Source: Candidatus Latescibacterota bacterium
GTDB taxonomy: Bacteria; Latescibacterota; UBA2968
Assembly (NCBI GenBank): GCA_038279365.1
Contig: JAYODI010000004.1
Location: 1 to 64,000, forward strand
Direction of reading: 5' to 3'
DNA: 64,000 bases
Shown here one piece after another: positions 58,463-64,000 of this stretch. The notes beneath the pieces are model-generated. The model did not search any database and had not been told where the DNA came from. It saw nothing but the letters and a program-made list of their open reading frames with translations. The number at the start of each line of letters is the position of its first letter. The stretch's first letter is position 1. Position numbers and translations under genes: made by a program.

Positions 58463-59407
58463 TTAAAGAAATGCTCCAAGTATGCGAATAAAAAGAGGTG
58501 GACGAGGCGCAAAGTATTTGTCGAGCCAAATGTCTCCTTTGGGCACGTAACCCCGTTTGTAATCTTTGGCACCCAACCAAGAAGCGTATTGACGAATGGT
58601 TTCATAAATAGGGATTTTACAAGCCTGTAGAATGAGGCCTGATTTGCGTAAGTGTGTGATGCTTTGGCGGGCATAGTTTCTAAAACTACTGAGCACATAT
58701 CGTATCTCTGCACCACGGTAATTGTCGATAAATTCGGGCGCAACATAACTGCGCCAATACCAGCGCACAAAAATGCTGTTTGTGCTTTCTTTGCTGTGTA
58801 CATCAAGGTCATGATTGTGATAAACACAGGCGAGTGGTTGATACATGGTTTGGTAATTGCGCAGTGTCATTTGTTTTGCCCAAACGGTATCTTCACTGAT
58901 CATCAATGTTTCATCAAAAGGGTGTTGTTCCCATAAGGATCTGCGCAGTGCACCATTGGCATTGGAAAAACTGCCCGATGGACGAGGTGCGGGCCAGTCT
59001 GGAAACCAGAGGTGTAGTTCGACGGCTTCAAATGGATCGGCGTGATCTATGGCCAATTGTCGTCCAAAAACACCCGCAACTGATGCATCGTCTTTGAGCG
59101 GTTGGATAAGATGGGTTAACCAGTTGGTATTGGCCGGCACAGCATGTGCCGATAGGTTGACAATGAATTGACCTGTGCCAGCCGAGGCCCCCAAGTTGAG
59201 GGCTCGCCCCCAGGTAAATTGGCTGCGAAGAATTGGAATGACGCGTGCATTTTTTTTGCGTGCAATATCTGGGGTACCATCGGTTGATTCGGTGTCTACC
59301 ACAATGGTTTCAACTTGTCCATCAAATGTTTGAGAAGCAATGGCATCTATTACTTTGCCAATGCTTCCTGCCTCATTTCGAGCTCTAATAACAATGGTTA
59401 CATCCAT
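58463..59407 (-). CDS. Glycosyltransferase family 2 (rhamnosyltransferase-like)
   Basis: VIRARNE, VD..STD, F.WGRALN.G, FSNAN and ED motifs. Confidence 0.92.
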   Translation of the reverse strand: MDVTIVIRARNEAGSIGKVIDAIASQTFDGQVETIVVDTESTDGTPDIARKKNARVIPILRSQFTWGRALNLGASAGTGQFIVNLSAHAVPANTNWLTHLIQPLKDDASVAGVFGRQLAIDHADPFEAVELHLWFPDWPAPRPSGSFSNANGALRRSLWEQHPFDETLMISEDTVWAKQMTLRNYQTMYQPLACVYHNHDLDVHSKESTNSIFVRWYWRSYVAPEFIDNYRGAEIRYVLSSFRNYARQSITHLRKSGLILQACKIPIYETIRQYASWLGAKDYKRGYVPKGDIWLDKYFAPRPPLFIRILGAFL

Positions 59408-59410
59408 AAT

Positions 59411-60664
59411 TTAACCTATTTGATCGAGAAGAGAGCGCCCTTGGTTTTGCTTGGGTGATGGCAATTGAAACAAATCGCAAATTGTTGGGCAAATATCAAT
59501 GAGTTCCACTTCGTCTATGTGCCCTTGTGGTATGTCTTTTCCCCAAAGAATGGCCATGCCTTTTTGTTCATCTATGTGAGTGGGATAACCGTGCATACCT
59601 ACGGGGATTTTTGCATTAAAGTAGTCTGGGAAAATCATGACACCAGGGTTTGCTCGCCAAATGATTTGGCCATAGCGATCTCCGGGGGGAGGAATGCAAA
59701 GGTGTTTGGCTTCTGTTTCATCTATGACCATGCCTTTTGGTGTAAATGGCGGGTGAGAAAAAAGCTTTTGTAAGGCTTGGCCTGTCTGGTTGTTATGCCA
59801 CCAGACGCGGGCCAAGGTTGAGTCTAAAAAAAGTGTAAAATCTCGTGTGTGTTTTAATTGGGGTAATTCACGTTTGATGATTGCGGCAATGTCGATGGTG
59901 TTGGTTACATTTAGCATGCCATGATCGCCAACAACTAAAAAACGAGAATCTTTAGGAAATGTTTTTATGAGTTGTGCAATCCAGGTGTCTTGTTGGGTGA
60001 CACCATTTTTAAGTTCTTGCGAGTCTGGGCCAAAATTATGCCCATATTCATCGCATCCGCCCAGGTATATCATGTAAAGGTCATGGTCACTGGTGACCTT
60101 GGAAGTGAGTTGTGCCACACGATCTTGGTCTGGGCCACTGACTTTGTTGTTGATCACATAGGTGTCGTCAAAAATCTTGTATCCCGCGTTTGTTAAAACA
60201 TCAAAACAAGATTCAATGCCAAATGCGCCACGATCTGTATAGCGCCTCGCTTCAACGGCTGTTAAAAGTGGCAAAAGCGGCAATGGGATATTGTAACTGA
60301 GTGTTGACATTTGGGGATCTTTGAGCATTGGGCGGATAAGATCTTTGGTGAGCCAACGGGTCATTCGCGTACTGCCTCGTCCTCCATAGTTTTTGACCTT
60401 TTCTGCGGCCCAGTTAAGCAGGTTTAGATAGTTTTTTTTGCTTGAGGAATGGCGTGTTTCTATAAACGTGAGTTGGGTAAATTTCTCACTGATATCGGGG
60501 CGTGCACCGGTGGCACTTTCCGTAAGTTCACAAAACCCAAAACTGGGTCTGAGTTTTTGAGCATAAAGACCTTGTTCTTTGAGTTGCCAAAGAGTAGGCG
60601 CTGTGTCGGGTTGGAGATAATCCCAACGAAAAGCATCAAGTAATATAAATATAAGTGGGGGCAT
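59411..60664 (-). CDS. Alkaline phosphatase superfamily (NPP-like) protein
   Basis: LLDAFRWDY, D..GH.FGP, GDHGM, GMHGY and DICPT motifs. Confidence 0.85.
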   Translation of the reverse strand: MPPLIFILLDAFRWDYLQPDTAPTLWQLKEQGLYAQKLRPSFGFCELTESATGARPDISEKFTQLTFIETRHSSSKKNYLNLLNWAAEKVKNYGGRGSTRMTRWLTKDLIRPMLKDPQMSTLSYNIPLPLLPLLTAVEARRYTDRGAFGIESCFDVLTNAGYKIFDDTYVINNKVSGPDQDRVAQLTSKVTSDHDLYMIYLGGCDEYGHNFGPDSQELKNGVTQQDTWIAQLIKTFPKDSRFLVVGDHGMLNVTNTIDIAAIIKRELPQLKHTRDFTLFLDSTLARVWWHNNQTGQALQKLFSHPPFTPKGMVIDETEAKHLCIPPPGDRYGQIIWRANPGVMIFPDYFNAKIPVGMHGYPTHIDEQKGMAILWGKDIPQGHIDEVELIDICPTICDLFQLPSPKQNQGRSLLDQIG

Positions 60665-60710
60665 AAAGATTATAATGAGGTCTTGGGTGTGTCCTTCAAG
60701 CACAATCGTT

Positions 60711-61808
60711 TTAGATACCGAGCAACTCAAGGGTATGCTTGCGCATAGATTCCCAATCTTCCGGGATAGAAGTTGCTGTTTGGTATTTGGTGAGAAGAAC
60801 ATGACACCGTTCTAAATAGGCGTGGTTTTGAGCCACTTCACTGGCCACGACCAGATACAGCTTTAAGCGAACCAAGTCTTCATAGCGACCGTCGGATATT
60901 TGTCGGCCAATTATTTTTTTGATGTACCGTTTTAGCCTTGTGCGTCTTGGGGTTGGTGTAACCCATCCGTGAAAGTTTTCGCCGTAATCCATCCAATCGT
61001 TAAAGCGTGTTTTACGTGCATTTTGTGCAAAGTTGAAAAGCGTTGCTAAAAGATGAGTGCGTGTTAACTGATAGAGATGGATTGGATTGGGTTTGTCTGC
61101 TTCATCTGGATTGAGTTTGTATTGTGTTGCCCATCGAATTAAGTTTTTTAGGTCTTCGGATGCAGGAATATTGTTTAGAAAATGTTGACTTTTATTTGCA
61201 TATTTGACTTGGTAATCGCCTTGGAGTATCAGGTGCGCATCGCAAATGGCAAGCAATGCCTTAGACATCTGCGAAATTAAAAAAGACGCCTCATCTTCTG
61301 TTGGTTGGCGCGTTTCAAAGTGTGCTGAATATGCACCTAAGAAACACCAAAGCCTGGTATGCAAGAGTTTTTCGCCTTCACAAAGTGGCATGGCGGTGTT
61401 GTGCATTTGGGGAATAGCTTGGAGCAAATCATTGGGCCCATAAATGACGCGTCCACCATATTTGAGGTCGTAAACATATTGCGTAAAAGGCAGATTGGGC
61501 AGGCTTTGCTTTTGGCGACTTTCGATATGCACCCATTTGACACCGAGTTCTTTGGCAAGATGCCGTTCTACTAGGTGTAGCTTTTTGGTATCAACGGATT
61601 CATTGGTAATCATTTCAAAATCATAATCGTTTTCTGGGCGATATTGACCATTTTGGAGCATAAGACCGCCTTCACCACGGCCAAAACCGCCCACCAAAAC
61701 GAGCCCTACCATTTCTTCAAATTCGGATTGAAGACGGTTGGTGATCACTTGAAGGTCACGATCAACCTGTTGGTCCATGAGTAGATTTTTTTGAACAGTA
61801 TAGGACAT
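60711..61808 (-). CDS. Pol-beta-like nucleotidyltransferase domain protein
   Basis: LVGGFGRGEG...NDYD motif, DLKYG..VIYG and a helical C-terminal domain. Confidence 0.7.
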   Translation of the reverse strand: MSYTVQKNLLMDQQVDRDLQVITNRLQSEFEEMVGLVLVGGFGRGEGGLMLQNGQYRPENDYDFEMITNESVDTKKLHLVERHLAKELGVKWVHIESRQKQSLPNLPFTQYVYDLKYGGRVIYGPNDLLQAIPQMHNTAMPLCEGEKLLHTRLWCFLGAYSAHFETRQPTEDEASFLISQMSKALLAICDAHLILQGDYQVKYANKSQHFLNNIPASEDLKNLIRWATQYKLNPDEADKPNPIHLYQLTRTHLLATLFNFAQNARKTRFNDWMDYGENFHGWVTPTPRRTRLKRYIKKIIGRQISDGRYEDLVRLKLYLVVASEVAQNHAYLERCHVLLTKYQTATSIPEDWESMRKHTLELLGI

Positions 61809-61813
61809 AGGAA

Positions 61814-63247
61814 TTATGGTGTTCGAAAGCGTGCAAGGAGACGGGTTCGAACGATCTCGACAATATCTTTGTCAAATATAAAGATGCAGAGCATATAAAT
61901 GAGTGTGGTCATTGAGATGGATAATGCCACAAACAGAGGGTGTGTGATGCCGATAAAGGTTTTGATCAATCCGCCGATGAATAAGGTAATGAGTGCAGCA
62001 AGGCAGGCTTTCCAAATAGCTGGCAAATAAGACACTTCAAAGTGGCGCTTAAACCAGATAAAATAAATTGGCGACACACCCACCATTGCAACAACAACAG
62101 CTATGGCGGTTCCTGTAATACCGTAAAGAGGCGTTAACCAATACACCAGGCCTGTCACTGAAACGGCAGAGGCCGCAACGACGGTGAGAAAAATATTGGT
62201 CTTACCCTTTAGGATGGCAATGTTTGCCCAGTGACGAAAAGTGCCCCTAAAGACAATGAGCACCATAAAAATTTGAAACGGAACAATGGCGGGTTGCCAT
62301 TTGTCGCCAAAGAGAAATGTGATAATGGGCGTGGCCCAAAGCAAACTGATGATGGCAGGCAAAAATAGAATAACGGCTGAAAATCTGGTAACAAGTTCAA
62401 AGCCACGTTTTATTTGGTTGTCATTTTCTGCTTTGGCAAAAGCAGGATAGGTAACTCTGTCGAGGTTTTCAATATAACCCAAAATGGTGTGTGGAATTGT
62501 AAAAGCCATCCAATAATATCCCAATTGGTCATCTCCAAGCAGCTTGCCCACCCAAAAATCATCAATACGCCAATACCAATAGCTCAACAGCCCAGATGCT
62601 GAAAGAGGCAGGGCAAAACGCAACATATCGATGACTCTGTTACGTTCGAGAACCCATTGTGGGCGATAAGGCACCCAAATCCAAATGAGAATGGCTTGAC
62701 TGATCTCATATGCCAAAATACCCCAAAATAAGCTCCAAAACCCAAACCCTTTCCAGGCCAAATAGATAGAGACGATTGGTTTGAGTAGCTCTCCAAAGAG
62801 CGTAATACGAGTAACAACGTAAAAGTCGAGTTCTTTTTTTGCCAATGCAAGTGGGGTGCGTAACCATCTCAAAATGAGAATTCCGGCACCGATTTGCAGA
62901 GGCAAGCCCAGTTGGGGTTTGTCCAGATGGTGCATCAAAAATGGGCCAAGTGCAATTAATAAGAGCCCCACAAAAACATTGAGCAGTCCCTCAACTGTAA
63001 AATAGGCATGCAAGGCTTTTTGAGGGTCGGTATTGTCTCTTATAATTCCTTTTTCACTTTGTAGAGAGGTGATGCGACCTGCAAGGTCAAGGGCAAATAG
63101 CAGAAAGGCCATTTGCCCAAATGCTGCTGGGGCGAGTAAACGAGCCAAAACAAATTGGCATCCCAATGAAATGCCTGTAACTCCCAGGCGCAACAAAGTG
63201 ACCAAACGGGCAGCTGTGAAGGTTTTGTCAAGCAACTGGTTGGTCAC
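61814..63247 (-). CDS. wzx: Wzx-type oligosaccharide flippase (MOP superfamily)
   Basis: LARLL.P.AFG, D...VG..LG...LGYY..A, YPAF and LFG.KW motifs; many TM segments. Confidence 0.9.
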   Translation of the reverse strand: MTNQLLDKTFTAARLVTLLRLGVTGISLGCQFVLARLLAPAAFGQMAFLLFALDLAGRITSLQSEKGIIRDNTDPQKALHAYFTVEGLLNVFVGLLLIALGPFLMHHLDKPQLGLPLQIGAGILILRWLRTPLALAKKELDFYVVTRITLFGELLKPIVSIYLAWKGFGFWSLFWGILAYEISQAILIWIWVPYRPQWVLERNRVIDMLRFALPLSASGLLSYWYWRIDDFWVGKLLGDDQLGYYWMAFTIPHTILGYIENLDRVTYPAFAKAENDNQIKRGFELVTRFSAVILFLPAIISLLWATPIITFLFGDKWQPAIVPFQIFMVLIVFRGTFRHWANIAILKGKTNIFLTVVAASAVSVTGLVYWLTPLYGITGTAIAVVVAMVGVSPIYFIWFKRHFEVSYLPAIWKACLAALITLFIGGLIKTFIGITHPLFVALSISMTTLIYMLCIFIFDKDIVEIVRTRLLARFRTP

Positions 63248-63474
63248 AAGGCCATCTCAATTTGAGGTGATAACAAAAAAAATAAAATCATGATGTTTTT
63301 TGGGGTTTACAGGTTTGTTTTTGGCATTTTAGATGGTGGATTATTTCAGTGATGATGGCGTATTTGTAACAGTTATGTGAATGGGCAATGTTTACGGAAT
63401 TTATTAAAATATAAGTACTTGCGCAACACAAAAGCCCATTTTTGTTTTTTTTGAAAACACTGTAATTGCCTTGA

Positions 63475-63490
63475 TGCAAACTTTATGCCA
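63475..63490 (-). promoter_or_regulatory. Sigma54 (-24/-12) promoter facing the glycan locus
   Basis: Minus strand reads TGGCATAAAGTTTGCA (GG-N10-GC, TTGCA), about 230 bp upstream of wzx. Confidence 0.7.
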
Positions 63491-63803
63491 CTCCTGGCGG
63501 GTTTTGCTGGTATCCATTTGTAAAGATAGATTGAATGATTTGGGACGATCAATTTTCGAGACAATGTGATTTAGATCACTGTTCCATTTTTGAAAATGAT
63601 GTATGTTTGCTTTTAATGCTTAACTGGTATAAATTTATATAAAAAAATATTCGGCTTAATGAAATGTCCCAAAATGCTTGATTATTATTGTTTGATGTAA
63701 TTGTATGAAGTCCGTTTTATGATTTTTTTTATATCTGGGCCGCACAAATAATTCGTCGGGAATTGTAGGTGTTGTGCGTGCAAGAATGATGCTGTCGATG
63801 TCT

Positions 63804-63836
63804 GGGCTCGACGTGTATTTACGTCGGGCTCTTTTT
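63804..63836 (+). terminator. Intrinsic terminator-like hairpin
   Basis: GGGCTCGACGT-GTATTT-ACGTCGGGCTC followed by TTTTT. Confidence 0.6.
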
Positions 63837-63950
63837 GTGATGGTTGAAAAGTGTCATATTTGGTGCATATCCGATGGATAATGCCATGTGTTATAAAGGT
63901 GATTTTTTGTAAGTTGTTTTAAAACAGTATGTTTTTTATTTTTGGTTTTT

Positions 63951-63966
63951 GGGCATATAAATTGCA
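63951..63966 (+). promoter_or_regulatory. Sigma54 (-24/-12) promoter for a gene beyond the right edge of the window
   Basis: GGGCATATAAATTGCA (GG-N10-GC, TTGCA). Confidence 0.6.
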
Positions 63967-64000
63967 TTATTATGTGTGTCGTATGAAATACCAAAAACAA

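Noticed and set aside
41597..60664. Radical SAM protein as an anaerobic sulfatase maturase for the AP-family protein
   Set aside because: The AP-family protein lacks the C/S-x-P/A-x-R sulfatase motif, and the radical SAM protein lacks the Cys-rich anSME SPASM pattern.

Overview
This is a bacterial chromosomal window with no CRISPR array, rRNA, integrase or transposase that I can recognise. The lineage is probably a diderm; FCB-group-like is only an inference from gene content. (1) 1-1.4 kb: a DUF1016-N/thermonuclease fusion gene lies just past the 3' end of tRNA-Asn. (2) 1.6-20.6 kb, + strand housekeeping block: GDPD, an RpiB-like protein with an apparent microcompartment-targeting N-terminus, tadA, three more tRNAs, a long Alu-containing SRP RNA, dnaX-ybaB-recR-pgsA-pgpA, recA-recX-alaS, a group II GGGP synthase, a PfkB kinase, ptsH-ptsI-metK and an atypical 5'-nucleotidase. 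(3) 20.6-26.6 kb: a minus-strand operon (Omp85-like, DUF4390, NtrY-like kinase, sigma54 response regulator, Omp85-like) behind a clear sigma54 promoter. (4) 26.9-34.4 kb: uridine kinase-like gene, a sugar ABC transporter with no binding protein, a 2-hydroxyacid dehydrogenase and small hypotheticals. (5) 34.5-63.2 kb: a 26-gene minus-strand glycan locus with Wzx, WecA, 7 GT4, 3 GT2 and a GT-C protein. Its tailoring genes are MBOAT/SGNH, two deacetylases, two methyltransferases, two DegT aminotransferases, WbqC, a radical SAM enzyme, a PHP-like protein and a nucleotidyltransferase/alkaline-phosphatase-family pair. No Wzy, Wzz or Wza is recognisable. (6) 63.2-64 kb: an intergenic region with two divergent sigma54 promoter motifs and a possible small RNA. 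All assignments come from reading motifs by eye; no searches were run.
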